Shown here one piece after another: positions 32,193 through 42,830 of a DNA stretch of 64,000 nucleotides. Below the pieces are notes generated by a model, which worked only from the letters and a program-made list of their open reading frames with translations, made no database searches and was not told where the DNA came from. This DNA comes from an uncultured bacterium. GTDB lineage: Bacteria > Krumholzibacteriota > Krumholzibacteriia > Krumholzibacteriales > Krumholzibacteriaceae. Numbering within the stretch: the stretch's first letter is position 1; every line of letters begins with the position of its first letter. Both the position numbers and the translations under genes were made by a program. The DNA is taken from NCBI GenBank assembly GCA_963813815.1, contig CAWFAD010000012.1:160001-224000 (forward strand). Direction: 5' to 3'.

Positions 32193-34352
32193 CTATTCCC
32201 CGGCAATCGACGAGAAGTCGACGAAGAGCATGAACACCATATAACAGCTTAGCAGAAAAGCGATTCTGTTATTCCTCAATTTTTCGTCCTCGCAATTAAC
32301 GAGAACGTCGTTGAAGTAATTATTAATGAAAGGCGCAAGCGATTTCAGAATATCCAAAGAGAGCTCCACCGCTCCAGAACGCCGGGCCTCCCGCAGCAGG
32401 GCGCAGGCAAGGCAGATTTCTTCGTAGAGCTTTCTCTCCGCTTCGGCCGCGAAGAGAGAGGAAGAAAAGGCGAGATCCTGCTCGCGCCGCTCGGCGAGCC
32501 CGTCGAGCGCCTTGAGGCCGAGCTCCCGCGTGTAGCCCGAGCGCTTCTGTTTCGGAATGATATTGGCGACGCGCTTCATGGCGAGAACGAAGGAAGAGAG
32601 GTTCCCCTCCGCCCGCATCCGCTGCAGGTCCCTCGCCATCGCCGCGACCGCTCCGGGAAACTCCCACGGAGCGGCGAGAACGGCCGCGACGAGATCGTGG
32701 TCGTTCCCCTCTCCGCGGAGCGTGGTGTGGAGCCGCTGCGAGTAGAGCTCCCGGATCGCCGAGGCGAGATCATTCCGGCTCCGCTTCGAAAGCGAAGCGG
32801 ACTCCCCGAAGAGATCGAGGCTCGTGTTCACGGCATCCGCGATCGAGAACCTCGCCCCCGTCTCGAGAGCGATCCGCATGACGCCGAGGGCCTGCCGCCG
32901 AAGCCCGTAGGGGTCCTGCGAACCGGTGGGCTCGAACCCGGCGATGAAGCAACCCGTGATCGTGTCGATCTTGTCGGCGAGCGCGACGAGCGTGGCCACG
33001 GGGCCGCGGGGAAGGCGGTCTCCCGCGAAACGCGGGAGGTAGTGCTCGAAAACCGCGTCGGCCACGTCCTCGCTTTCACCCGAGGCTCGGGCGTATTCGC
33101 GCCCGATATATCCCTGGAGCGCGGTGAATTCCTTTCCGTCCTTCACCATCTCGCTCGCGAGATCGGCCTTCGCGAGCGAGGCCGCGCGGGCGACGTGCGC
33201 CTCGATCCGCTCCCCTTCCACCCCCCACATCTCCCGGATGGACAGCGCGAGCGCTCCGACGCGCCGCGACTTGTCGGCGAGGCTTCCGAGACCCTCGAGC
33301 CACACGATCCCCGCGAGCTTCCCGGCCATGCTCTCGAACGGCTTCGCCGTGTCTTCCTCGTAGTAGAACACGGCGTCATCGAGGCGGGCCCGCAAAACGC
33401 GCTCGTACCCCCGCACGATTCCCGCGGCGTTCCTGCGCACGCCGTCGGCGAAAGCGACGAAGGACGGCAGCAGGGCTCCGTCGTCTCCGGCGATCGAGAA
33501 GTAGCGTTGGTGGCTCTTGAGCGCGGTGACGATCACCTCGCGGGGGAGTTTGAGAAACGAGGGATCGTACGATCCGGCGAGCGCGACGGGGCGCTCGAGC
33601 AGATTCGCGACGATCGACACGAGCTCGTCGTCCTCGACGAGGCGCCCCCCGGCCCGGGCGGCGAGGCGCTCGGCCCCGGTCCGGACGATCGCTCTCCGTT
33701 CGGCGGGGTCGAGGATGACGCCGTTGCGCTTCATGAGCGAGAAGTACCGCGCCGGCGACTCCACCGGCGTCGACGCCCTGAAGAGCGGCGAGAGCCTCGT
33801 GCGGCGGCCCGCCGCGAGGCCCGCGGCCCGCACCCGCAGGATGTCCGGTCCGTAGAGGCAGAGAATCCAGCGAATCGGCCTCGCGAAGACGGTTCCGACC
33901 GCCCCCCAGCGCATGATCTTGGGGCTCCGCAGCGAGGCGATCCACGCCGGCGCGATCTCCCGCAGGACCGCCGCGGACGGCCGTCCCTCGACGCGCTTCA
34001 CGGCGGCGAGGTATTCGCCGCGCTCCGTCTCGACGCGCGAGAGGCTCTCGGGCGCCATTCCCTGCGACTTCGCGAATCCCTTCGCCGCCGCGGTGTAGCT
34101 TCCGTCGGGGGCGATCGCGGCCTTCACCGGAGGGCCGACGACCTTGCTTTCGAGAGTCGCCTGCCGCTCGGCGACGCCCCGCAGATGCACGACGAGACGC
34201 TTCGGCGTGCCGAGCACGGCGACGCCGTCGCGCTCGATACGACTCGCGTCGAGCGAGGAGCCGACCGCCGCGCCGAGCTGCGAGAGGAGGTCGTCGAGAT
34301 ACCCGCTCGGGAGGTTCTCGCATCCGATCTCGAGGAGAAAATCCCGTTTCAC
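32193..34352 (-). CDS. glyS: Glycine--tRNA ligase beta subunit
   Basis: [56 protein letters not shown] overlaps glyQ stop. Confidence 0.95.
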   Translation of the reverse strand: MKRDFLLEIGCENLPSGYLDDLLSQLGAAVGSSLDASRIERDGVAVLGTPKRLVVHLRGVAERQATLESKVVGPPVKAAIAPDGSYTAAAKGFAKSQGMAPESLSRVETERGEYLAAVKRVEGRPSAAVLREIAPAWIASLRSPKIMRWGAVGTVFARPIRWILCLYGPDILRVRAAGLAAGRRTRLSPLFRASTPVESPARYFSLMKRNGVILDPAERRAIVRTGAERLAARAGGRLVEDDELVSIVANLLERPVALAGSYDPSFLKLPREVIVTALKSHQRYFSIAGDDGALLPSFVAFADGVRRNAAGIVRGYERVLRARLDDAVFYYEEDTAKPFESMAGKLAGIVWLEGLGSLADKSRRVGALALSIREMWGVEGERIEAHVARAASLAKADLASEMVKDGKEFTALQGYIGREYARASGESEDVADAVFEHYLPRFAGDRLPRGPVATLVALADKIDTITGCFIAGFEPTGSQDPYGLRRQALGVMRIALETGARFSIADAVNTSLDLFGESASLSKRSRNDLASAIRELYSQRLHTTLRGEGNDHDLVAAVLAAPWEFPGAVAAMARDLQRMRAEGNLSSFVLAMKRVANIIPKQKRSGYTRELGLKALDGLAERREQDLAFSSSLFAAEAERKLYEEICLACALLREARRSGAVELSLDILKSLAPFINNYFNDVLVNCEDEKLRNNRIAFLLSCYMVFMLFVDFSSIAGE

Positions 34353-35245
34353 TTCCGCTCCTTTGCGGGGGAGTTCGCGCGCGCCATGAGTGGAAAACCG
34401 AGCAGCTCGCGCCCGGCGACGTACGCGCCGGCCGTCTGCCGCGCGAGATCGCGGATACGGGCGATGTAGCTCGTCCGCTCCGATACGCTCACCGCGCCCC
34501 GCGCGTCGAGGACGTTGAAGAGATGCGAGCACTTGACGACGCAATCGTACGCGGGGAGGATGAGTCCCTCCCCGAGAAGCCTGATCGTTTCGCGCTGGAA
34601 CCGGTCGAACATGTCGAAGTAGAACGACGTGTCCGCCGCCTCGAAGTTGAACCGGCTCCATTGACGCTCCGCCTCGCGGCCGAGGTCTCCCCACGTCACG
34701 CCGCCCCCCCACTCGACCTCCATGATGTCGTCGACCCCTTGCAGGTACATGCAGATCCGCTCGAGACCGTACGTGATCTCCGCCGAGATCGGATCGAGCT
34801 CCATGCCTCCCGCCTGCTGGAAATAGGTGAACTGCGTGATCTCCATCCCGTCGAGCCAGACCTCCCAACCGAGCCCCGCGGCCCCGAGCGTCGGGGACTC
34901 CCAGTCGTCCTCGACGAGACGGATGTCGTGCGAGCGCGGATCGATGCCGAGCGCGGAGAGCGAGCCGGCATAGAGGGGAAGGATATCGGCGGGGGAGGGT
35001 TTCATGATCACCTGAAACTGGGTGAACTGCTGGACGCGGTTCGGGTTCTCGCCGTAACGGCCGTCCTTCGGACGCTTGGAAGGCTCGATGTACGCCGCCT
35101 TCCAGGGTTCGGGGCCGAGAACGCGGAGAAAGGTCGACGGATTCATCGTTCCGGCTCCGACCTCCGAGTTGTACGGCGTGAGAATGAGGCATCCCCGCGC
35201 GGCCCAGAACCGCTCGAGCGAGGCCACCACCTGCTGAAAGGTCAC
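34349..35245 (-). CDS. glyQ: Glycine--tRNA ligase alpha subunit
   Basis: [60 protein letters not shown]. Confidence 0.97.
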   Translation of the reverse strand: MTFQQVVASLERFWAARGCLILTPYNSEVGAGTMNPSTFLRVLGPEPWKAAYIEPSKRPKDGRYGENPNRVQQFTQFQVIMKPSPADILPLYAGSLSALGIDPRSHDIRLVEDDWESPTLGAAGLGWEVWLDGMEITQFTYFQQAGGMELDPISAEITYGLERICMYLQGVDDIMEVEWGGGVTWGDLGREAERQWSRFNFEAADTSFYFDMFDRFQRETIRLLGEGLILPAYDCVVKCSHLFNVLDARGAVSVSERTSYIARIRDLARQTAGAYVAGRELLGFPLMARANSPAKERK

Positions 35246-36000
35246 TGGCCGCTCACCCCCTTGCACAGACGCAACGCGTTCGGCAACCGGTATCCCTCGA
35301 CGTGGTTCGCGAACAGACGGTGCAGGAGCTCCCCGACCTCCCGGCGCTCGTCTCTGCCGAGCGCTCCGCGCCGCGCCGCGGCGAATCCTTCTCTCGCTAT
35401 CAGCGAGAGACCGGCCGCCGCGCCGGACGACAGGACGCCCCCAGCGGCTCCGAGGCACGCCGCGCAGCTCACGTGCCCGCTCGCCGGATCGACGGCGAAC
35501 CTCTCGCCGGCGAGCTCCCTGCCGCAGATTCCGCATTCGCCGAGCGAGGGAAGCGAGCCGGCGAGCGCCAGCACGCCGATCTCGAGGGCGTAGAAGAGCG
35601 CCCACGGATCCTCCGCGGACGGCGCGAGCCGCATGAACTCCTCGATGAGGTCGAAGAGCCTCTCATCCGCGTCCCTCCCGACGACGGAGCGATCGATGAT
35701 CTCGAGCCCCGCTTGGAAGATGCAGAGCCGCTCGAGATCGTCCGCCGGTCCCCCGCAGCTCTCCGCGGCGTCGCACTCCTTGAGAATCTGGAGCCCTCCG
35801 TCCGGCCGGAAATAAAACACCGTTTCGCAGACGCCCCCCGGGAAGAGGGCCCCGCGAAGCGGGCTCCGCTGGCGCCGCGCCCCCTTCGCCAGCAAGCGGA
35901 GCTTTCCGTGCGATCGCGTGAGGGCCACCACGATGACGCTCGACTCCCCGTACTCGTAGGTTCTCAGCACCACGGCGCGATCCTTCACGATATCCTTCAT
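35242..36000 (-). CDS. recO: DNA repair protein RecO
   Basis: [26 protein letters not shown]4 zinc finger CGIC..CAAC. Confidence 0.92.
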   Translation of the reverse strand: MKDIVKDRAVVLRTYEYGESSVIVVALTRSHGKLRLLAKGARRQRSPLRGALFPGGVCETVFYFRPDGGLQILKECDAAESCGGPADDLERLCIFQAGLEIIDRSVVGRDADERLFDLIEEFMRLAPSAEDPWALFYALEIGVLALAGSLPSLGECGICGRELAGERFAVDPASGHVSCAACLGAAGGVLSSGAAAGLSLIAREGFAAARRGALGRDERREVGELLHRLFANHVEGYRLPNALRLCKGVSGQ

Positions 36001-36647
36001 CGAGGAAGCGCTCCGTTCTCCGCCGTCCGGTGGGCGTCCGGCACGACGGCCCCGCCCGAGATGATCACCTTGAAGGCCTCCTGCACCGAGAGATCGGTCG
36101 GGAGCGCGTCCTCCGGCGGCACGATGACGAGAAATCCGCTCGTTGGGTTCGGCGAGGTCGGGATAAAGACGGCGAGCATGCTCTCGCCGGTTTCCTTCCG
36201 CGTCTTCAAACGCCAGTTCGCCGTGACGAAGCCGAGCATGTACATGTTGGGCCTCGGGTACTCGACGATCACGACGCGATCGAAAACGCTCCGCTCCTCC
36301 TTGAGAAACACCTCGCTGATCTGCTTGATGGCCAGATAAACGCCGCGCACCATCGGGATCCTCTCGAGCCCACCCTCGAGCCACCGGACGAGGGTGCGCC
36401 CGAATATGCCGCCGCCCAACACCCCGGCCGCGAGCACGATGACGACCACCCCGAGGAACCCCAGCCCCGGAATGTCGAGATACGGATGACGTGCGCTCAG
36501 GGGCTTCAGGATGCCGTCCACCCACACGAAAATGCGGTAGAGCACGTACACCGTCAGAACGGTCGGCAGTGTGATGAGCAGCCCCGTGAAAATTTTCCGC
36601 CTGAACCATTTCAGGAATCTTTGCCCGGCGCGGCGTCGTCCAGCCAT
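35997..36647 (-). CDS. DUF502 membrane protein
   Basis: FTGLLITLP, RIPMVRGVY, VIVEYPR, VFIPTSPNPTSGF, IISGG. Confidence 0.88.
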   Translation of the reverse strand: MAGRRRAGQRFLKWFRRKIFTGLLITLPTVLTVYVLYRIFVWVDGILKPLSARHPYLDIPGLGFLGVVVIVLAAGVLGGGIFGRTLVRWLEGGLERIPMVRGVYLAIKQISEVFLKEERSVFDRVVIVEYPRPNMYMLGFVTANWRLKTRKETGESMLAVFIPTSPNPTSGFLVIVPPEDALPTDLSVQEAFKVIISGGAVVPDAHRTAENGALPR

Positions 36648-37846
36648 ATGATCACCTCGGCGATGCGTTGTCCCTCGAGCCGTCCCACCCGGAACCGCAT
36701 CCCCTCGTACGCCACCTCTTCCCCCTCGTCCGGAACGCGGCCGATCAAGTTATAGATAAATCCGCCGAGCGTGTCAACGTCATCGGCCGGAAGCGAGATC
36801 CCGAGCAGCCCGTTGAGCCTTTCGATCGCGGCGCGCCCGGCCACCGCGTACTGCCGCGGGCCGATCTGGCGCGCCAGCGGCGGCTCGTGATCGTACTCGT
36901 CGAGGATCTCCCCGACGATCTCCTCGAGAATGTCCTCGAGGGTCACGATGCCGGAGGTTCCCCCGTATTCGTCGACGACGATCGCGATGTGATTCTTTTC
37001 GCGCTGAAACTCGCGCAGCAGCGCATCGATCTTCTTTCCCTCGGGGACGAAGTGAGCCTCGCGGACGATCCGGAGCCGTCCCAAGTGCACGTCCTCGTCC
37101 CCCGGCGGTATCTTGAGGAGATCCTTCACGTAGAGCATCCCGACGACCCGGTCGATCGCGCCGTCCGTGACCGGCACGCGCGAATGCCCGGCGCTCGAAA
37201 CGCGGCGACGGGCCTCGGCGAGCGTCGTATGGACGTCGATGGCGAAGATGTCGATGCGCGGCACCATGACCTCGCGCACCTTCTTGACGCCGAACTCCTG
37301 TATGCTCCTGATGAGCGAGCTCCCCTTGTGCTCGATGAAACCCTCCGCGTGGGTGTCCCGCGGGGGGGAAAACAGGAAAAAGGGAGAGGCGATCTCCCGG
37401 GGAAGGTTGGGAAACGCGAGCCCGATGAGCCGCAGAAACAGCCCCGCCACGGGCCGGAACACGAGGTACACCGGCATGAGGGGCCAGGAGACGGCGGCGG
37501 CGACGCGCGCGGGGGACATCGTCGCGAAGCCGAATCCAGCGACGATCACGGCGATCACGGACACCACTATCGCCGCGACGGCGACGGCCGCGTGGAGCAT
37601 GTTTCCCTCCGCGGCGATCCAGCCGTGCAGACTGACGGCCATGCAGGAGATGAGAAGTGCCTCGAGGCCGAGCAGCGTGAGGATGAGATGCAGCCGCCCG
37701 CGATGCATGATGAGCGCGAACGAAGCCCCGCGCATCCCCGCGGGAAAGGCTTCCTTTTCGTGAACGCGCGACAGCATCGCGAAGGCGGCGAACCCCGCGG
37801 AGACGATGAACTGGCACGCGTAGAGAACTCCGAGACTCACGATCAT
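36611..37846 (-). CDS. HlyC/CorC-family membrane protein with CBS pair
   Basis: N-terminal TM helices; [47 protein letters not shown]. Confidence 0.9.
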   Translation of the reverse strand: MIVSLGVLYACQFIVSAGFAAFAMLSRVHEKEAFPAGMRGASFALIMHRGRLHLILTLLGLEALLISCMAVSLHGWIAAEGNMLHAAVAVAAIVVSVIAVIVAGFGFATMSPARVAAAVSWPLMPVYLVFRPVAGLFLRLIGLAFPNLPREIASPFFLFSPPRDTHAEGFIEHKGSSLIRSIQEFGVKKVREVMVPRIDIFAIDVHTTLAEARRRVSSAGHSRVPVTDGAIDRVVGMLYVKDLLKIPPGDEDVHLGRLRIVREAHFVPEGKKIDALLREFQREKNHIAIVVDEYGGTSGIVTLEDILEEIVGEILDEYDHEPPLARQIGPRQYAVAGRAAIERLNGLLGISLPADDVDTLGGFIYNLIGRVPDEGEEVAYEGMRFRVGRLEGQRIAEVIIWLDDAAPGKDS

Positions 37847-37885
37847 CCGATCGCCACTCCCCCCGCGCCGCCCCTCCGGCGGCGC

Positions 37886-38347
37886 TCAGGCAAAGAGCCT
37901 CTCGATCACGCGGGCGGAAAGACGGCCGCCGAGCAGCCGCCGCTCCGCCGATTCCATGCTCCGCTCCTCGGCGGCGGTGCCGTGCCGGCGCCCCCCGAGA
38001 TGCAGGAGCCCGTGGACGACGAGCCGCACCGCGTACGCCCGGGGCGGGACGCCTCGCCTCCCCGCCCCCCGCTCGAGGGACGCCCAGCAGAGGCATATTT
38101 CGCCGAGCGGCGTCTCGCCGCGCGGACCCGGAGCGCCCGGATACGGAAAGGTGAGTATCTCGGCGGCTCCCCTTCGCCCCTTGTAGCGGCGATTGAGAGA
38201 GGCCATGCGGCGCTCGCCGACGAGCGCGACCGCCACCGCGCGTCCGCGAGGACGAAGCGGCGCCGCGAGCGCGCGCAGGGTTTCCCCGATCCGATCGATC
38301 TCGCTCCGCCCGCGGACTCGCCGGGAACCGTCGATCACGATCCTCAT
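37886..38347 (-). CDS. ybeY: rRNA maturation endoribonuclease YbeY
   Basis: LNRRYKG, LGEI, VHGLLHLGG..H; phoH-HD-ybeY-corC synteny. Confidence 0.85.
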   Translation of the reverse strand: MRIVIDGSRRVRGRSEIDRIGETLRALAAPLRPRGRAVAVALVGERRMASLNRRYKGRRGAAEILTFPYPGAPGPRGETPLGEICLCWASLERGAGRRGVPPRAYAVRLVVHGLLHLGGRRHGTAAEERSMESAERRLLGGRLSARVIERLFA

Positions 38348-40590
38348 GAGGGCTCCCCTCCCTCGGACGCCGAGCCCTCCCCGCGCTGCCCCGGATAGGC
38401 GATGCGGGGATGGAACACGCTCGTGAGGAGCTGGATGAACTTCTCGCGGATCACGGCGATGTCGTTCAACGTCAGCCCGCTCTCGTCGAGCTCGCCGTCG
38501 GCGGTGCGCATCTCGATGATCTTCTGAACGATCGCCCGAATCTTCGGAACCGTCGGATCGCGGAGCGACCTCACCGCCGCCTCGCAGGAATCGGCGAGCA
38601 TGATGAGGGCGGTTTCCTTGGAGCGAGGTCTCGGCCCGGGATAACGGAAATCGTCGGCGTTGACGCTGTCGTTCGAATCGTACTCGAGCGCCTTCTGGTA
38701 GAAATAGGCCATCACCGTGCGCCCGTGATGCTCGCGGATCGCCTCCACGATGATCCGGGGAAGCTTTTCGCTCCGCGCGAGCTCGACCCCTTCCTTCACG
38801 TGAGCGACGAGTATAATGGCGCTCATCCGCGGCGCGAGCTTTTCGTGCTTGTTCTCCCGCTCCCCCGTGTTCTCGAAGAAGTACTCCGGCTTCGAGAGCT
38901 TGCCGATGTCGTGGTAGTAGGCGCCGACCCGCGCCTCGAGCCCGTTCGCCCGGACTTCGCGGGCCACCGTCTCGACGAGATTGCCGACCATGAGCGAATG
39001 GTGGTACGTGCCCGGAGCCTCCATGATGAGCCGGCGCAGCAGCGGCCGGTTGAGGTCGCTCAGCTCCATGAGCGTGAAATTCGTCGTGAGATCGAACAGC
39101 GATTCGAAGACGGGCAGGAGAAACATGACCATGATGGTGCAGACGAGCGCGTTGGCGATTCCGAACGCCACATCCCGGGCGAACGCGGCGGGCGAGATCC
39201 CCTCGGCGACTCCGAATCCCGCGATGCCGATGACGTACGCGGCCGACACGGAGAAGAACACCGTGTAGAAGCTCCGCCGGTCGCGCAGGTGGGCTATGCT
39301 GATGATGCCCGCCGCGCCCGCCATGAGCGCCGTAAAAGCGTACCCCGCCGGAAGCGCCGTGTTGACCACGATGAGAAACGACGCGAAGAGGGTGAGCAGC
39401 ACCGCGGCGTGCACGCCGAAGAGCGAGGTCGACAGAAGCGCCACGAAAGCCGTGGGAATGAGCCGCGCGTCGAGAGAGGGAAGCCGCATGACGATCGCCG
39501 TCAGGACGAGGTACAGGGCGATGATGATGAACGCGAGCGTCGCGCGGTCCCGCTCGGCGGCGAGCCGCGGTTCGAAGCGACGCAGGGCCAGCGCGAGCAG
39601 GGCGAGGAGCGAGGCTATCCGGAGCCCCTTGCCGAACACGAGCCAGAGCCGTCCCCCGATCGACGTGGCGAGCTCGCGCGCCATCCGCTTCTGCTCCATC
39701 GCCTGCAGGATGGCGACCTGGCGCGCCGCCACCCGGTCGTGCCTCGCCACGATCCGCGTGCCCCGCGAGACGGTGAACGAGCGGTCGACCGACCGCATCG
39801 CCTCGTCGCGGCGCTTCTTCGTCTCGGCCACGTCGAACACGAGGTTGGCCGTGAGGTTGGCGCGAAGGACGGAGTGAAAGAGGCGCGCCGCCTTCTCGTT
39901 CTGGGGAAAAATCTTGCGCCCCTCGGCCATGATGACGGTCTCGAGATCGTTCTGATCGACGAGCGAGGCCGCGGAAACGAGCGACTCGTCCTCCTCGGAG
40001 ATCACGGTGATGCGATCGTAGGCGCGACGCCGGAGCGGGGCGCCGTCGTTTACGATCCCCCGCTGCAGGAGCGATTTCTGGAGCCGGGCGCTCTCCGTTT
40101 GCATCCGGGCGCGGATCGAGCCGTCGACGAGGAGCTCCACCGCCTCCCTCCGCATCTCGGGCGCGGCGGCCTTGATGCGCGATACCTTCTCGCGAACCGA
40201 TTGATCGGACTCCGCGATCTCCCTGATCCGCTCGAAGAGCCCCTTGAGATCGTCGGGGAGATGTTTCGCGGCGCCTTCCTCGCGCACGAACACGGGCGGA
40301 ATCTCGATGGCGGCCTTCGCCCGCCCGAGATCCACCTCGTGATCGGGAAGCGGCACGTCGAAGCCGAACGGGGCGACGATGTCGACGTCCGCCACGTCGC
40401 CCTCCGAGAACCGCACGCTCTTCTGCTTGTGCCCCGGGGGAAAGAGGACGAGCGAAAGGACGAGTATCGCCGCCAGGTAGACGAGCGGCAGGCGCCCGCG
40501 GCGAAACAGAGCGGCGGGATTGAAACGGCTGGACGAGGCGCCCGGGGACGCTTCGCCCCGCTCCCCGGCGCGCGCGAGGCGGCTAGTCAT
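38344..40590 (-). CDS. 7TM-HD phosphohydrolase (PgpH-like cyclic dinucleotide phosphodiesterase)
   Basis: Extracytoplasmic domain, ~7 TM, EAPGTYHHSLMV, YYHDIGK, EHHG, FRYPGPRP, MLADSCEAA. Confidence 0.88.
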   Translation of the reverse strand: MTSRLARAGERGEASPGASSSRFNPAALFRRGRLPLVYLAAILVLSLVLFPPGHKQKSVRFSEGDVADVDIVAPFGFDVPLPDHEVDLGRAKAAIEIPPVFVREEGAAKHLPDDLKGLFERIREIAESDQSVREKVSRIKAAAPEMRREAVELLVDGSIRARMQTESARLQKSLLQRGIVNDGAPLRRRAYDRITVISEEDESLVSAASLVDQNDLETVIMAEGRKIFPQNEKAARLFHSVLRANLTANLVFDVAETKKRRDEAMRSVDRSFTVSRGTRIVARHDRVAARQVAILQAMEQKRMARELATSIGGRLWLVFGKGLRIASLLALLALALRRFEPRLAAERDRATLAFIIIALYLVLTAIVMRLPSLDARLIPTAFVALLSTSLFGVHAAVLLTLFASFLIVVNTALPAGYAFTALMAGAAGIISIAHLRDRRSFYTVFFSVSAAYVIGIAGFGVAEGISPAAFARDVAFGIANALVCTIMVMFLLPVFESLFDLTTNFTLMELSDLNRPLLRRLIMEAPGTYHHSLMVGNLVETVAREVRANGLEARVGAYYHDIGKLSKPEYFFENTGERENKHEKLAPRMSAIILVAHVKEGVELARSEKLPRIIVEAIREHHGRTVMAYFYQKALEYDSNDSVNADDFRYPGPRPRSKETALIMLADSCEAAVRSLRDPTVPKIRAIVQKIIEMRTADGELDESGLTLNDIAVIREKFIQLLTSVFHPRIAYPGQRGEGSASEGGEPS

Positions 40591-41626
40591 GGCTCCCGTC
40601 CGCCGGCGGCCCCCCACCCTCCACCGGGGCCGAAGCCGGAGAGCCGGCGGCGCCCGGGCGTTCGAAGCGCCCCGCGCGGGCGCTCCAGGCGCCGATGATG
40701 AGCTTCACGAGCCGGTGGCGAACGACGTCCTCTTCGCCGAAAGTCACGAACTCGATCCCCTCGACGCCGGCGAGGATTTCGCGCGCGGCCACGAGCCCCG
40801 AGCGCGACGGGTCGGCGAGATCGATCTGCGTGACGTCGCCGGTGACGATCGCCTTGGACCCTTCGCCGAGTCTCGTGAGAAACATCTTCATCTGGCCGAC
40901 GCTGCAGTTCTGCGCCTCGTCGAGAATCGCGAACGCGTTCTCGAGCGTGCGTCCGCGCATGTACGCGAGCGGCGCTATCTCGACGGCGCCCGTTCCGATC
41001 ATGCGCGCGATCCGGTCGGCTCCCAGCATGTCGCGGAGCGCGTCGAAGATCGGCCGCAGATAGGGCTCGATCTTCTCCTGCAAATCGCCCGGAAGGTACC
41101 CGAGGTTCTCTCCCGCTTCGACCACCGGCCGCGATATGAAGATGCGCTCGATGGCGCCGCTCTTGAGACCCGCGAGCGCCGAGGCGATGGCGAGGTAGGT
41201 CTTTCCCGTTCCGGCCGGTCCGATGGCGAAGACGATGTCGTGGGATGCTATGGCGTCGATGTAATCCTGCTGGTGGGCGCTTCTCGCGACGACTCCGCGC
41301 CGTCTCGCCGGGGAGTAGAAAACGCTCGCCGTCTCCTCCCGGGGCGCCGCCCTCCCGATCCTCCCGCCCCCGCCGATCGCGGTGAGGACGTCGCCCTCGG
41401 TCACCGGACGCCCACCGCCTGCGATCTCGATGAGCCTCTCGACGACGCGCGTGAGCTGCTCGACGCGGCGCGGGGAGCCCGTGATGACGATCTCGTCTCC
41501 GCGCAGAGCGATCCGCTCGTCGAAATGCTCCTCGATGAGGCGCAGGTTTCGGTCCCCCACCCCGAGGAGGCGCACCGGGTCGATCCCCGCGATCGATACG
41601 AGCCGCCGTTTGAAGTCGCGTTTCAC
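40583..41626 (-). CDS. phoH: PhoH-family ATPase
   Basis: GPAGTGKTYLA, LGYLPGD, APLAYMRGRTL, LDEAQN, GDVTQIDL, DVVRH. Confidence 0.93.
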   Translation of the reverse strand: MKRDFKRRLVSIAGIDPVRLLGVGDRNLRLIEEHFDERIALRGDEIVITGSPRRVEQLTRVVERLIEIAGGGRPVTEGDVLTAIGGGGRIGRAAPREETASVFYSPARRRGVVARSAHQQDYIDAIASHDIVFAIGPAGTGKTYLAIASALAGLKSGAIERIFISRPVVEAGENLGYLPGDLQEKIEPYLRPIFDALRDMLGADRIARMIGTGAVEIAPLAYMRGRTLENAFAILDEAQNCSVGQMKMFLTRLGEGSKAIVTGDVTQIDLADPSRSGLVAAREILAGVEGIEFVTFGEEDVVRHRLVKLIIGAWSARAGRFERPGAAGSPASAPVEGGGPPADGSHD

Positions 41627-41707
41627 GGCACCCCCGAAACACGAGAACTCCTGGCCCCTTCCGCGGAAGCCAAGAGTTCCCGTTCCGAGCCTCTCACGAG
41701 CTCCGTA

Positions 41708-42409
41708 TCACTGCAGCGTATCCGGCCGCGGTATCACGAGCTCCTGGGCGGGGAAGATGAGATCGGGATCCCGTATCAGGTCCCGGTTCGCCTCGTAGAT
41801 GAGGGGCCATTTGCTGTAATCGCCGTAAATCTCCCAATAGCCCGCGATCCTGCTGAGCCATTCGTCCTGCGCGACCGTGTATTGATACGGATGTTCGCGA
41901 GGAATGGTGAGCTCCCAGCCCGCGAGCACCCAGTCGGGATCCTCGATGAGCTGCTTGTTGCTGCGGTAGATGCGGGGCCACTTGAGGGGATCCTTGTAAA
42001 TCTCCTCCTTCGACGCGAGCGTCCAGAGGCATTCGCCGTACTGGAGCTTCCACGTCGCCGGAAGCTTCTCGAGCTCCTGAAGCTGCTTGGAGAGCTCGTC
42101 GATCTCCGTCGCATAGGCGGTGTATTCGCGCTCGGCGTCGCGCACCTCGCGCGTCAGACGCTTGATTTTTTCCTTGTTGCCCTCGAGCTCGGCCTCCGCA
42201 TTCTTCGACCGGTCTTGCAGCGCGTCGAACTCGGAGGAGAGCGCCTTGCAGTACGCCTCTCTATCGCTCTTCGAGAGCTTCCCGTACTCCGTATCCTCGT
42301 AATACTCGCCCTTCGTGATATCAACAGGTCTCGCCTTGTAGCCGCTGCAGCCCGTGATTGCGAGGAGCGCGGGAAGGACCCCGAACAACACGATGCTTCT
42401 CATACGCAT
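41708..42409 (-). CDS. Lipoprotein with coiled coil and two LysM domains
   Basis: Lipobox ITGC; heptad region; GECLWTLA..WPRIYRSN..DPD and YTVAQDEWLSRIA..WPLIYEAN..DPDLIFP. Confidence 0.85.
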   Translation of the reverse strand: MRMRSIVLFGVLPALLAITGCSGYKARPVDITKGEYYEDTEYGKLSKSDREAYCKALSSEFDALQDRSKNAEAELEGNKEKIKRLTREVRDAEREYTAYATEIDELSKQLQELEKLPATWKLQYGECLWTLASKEEIYKDPLKWPRIYRSNKQLIEDPDWVLAGWELTIPREHPYQYTVAQDEWLSRIAGYWEIYGDYSKWPLIYEANRDLIRDPDLIFPAQELVIPRPDTLQ

Positions 42410-42430
42410 ATTCGCGACACTCCTTGCAGG

Positions 42431-42730
42431 CTATTCCCTGCCGCTCCCCTTCTTGAGATCGTCCACCTTCTTGCGCAATTCGGCCGGCTTTTCCTTGATC
42501 TGTTCGATGTCGCCCTTCTTGCCGGCGAGCTTCTTCTCGAGCTCGGCCACGTTTTTCGCCGTCTCCGCCGCTTCCTGTTCGTATGTCTCCGCGTCGAGCC
42601 GCGTCTCGTCGAGCGTCACGAGACTGGTCTGGCACGGCGGAGCCTCCCCGCATCCTCCGGAAAAGAGGGCGACGGCGAGGAGGAGGAACATACTGCATGC
42701 CCCCAAACCGCGCAATTTCATAACTCCCAC
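42431..42730 (-). CDS. Small coiled-coil lipoprotein
   Basis: Lipobox SGGC; Lys/Glu-rich heptad C-terminus; AAGGAG upstream. Confidence 0.7.
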   Translation of the reverse strand: MGVMKLRGLGACSMFLLLAVALFSGGCGEAPPCQTSLVTLDETRLDAETYEQEAAETAKNVAELEKKLAGKKGDIEQIKEKPAELRKKVDDLKKGSGRE

Positions 42731-42830
42731 TCCTTCTTACGGTTATACTTGACGATGTATAGTAACTACGTTAATAACGCTTCGACGCAAAGTCAAGGAA
42801 AAAGCCCGCCCCCTCCGCCGCCGGACCCGG

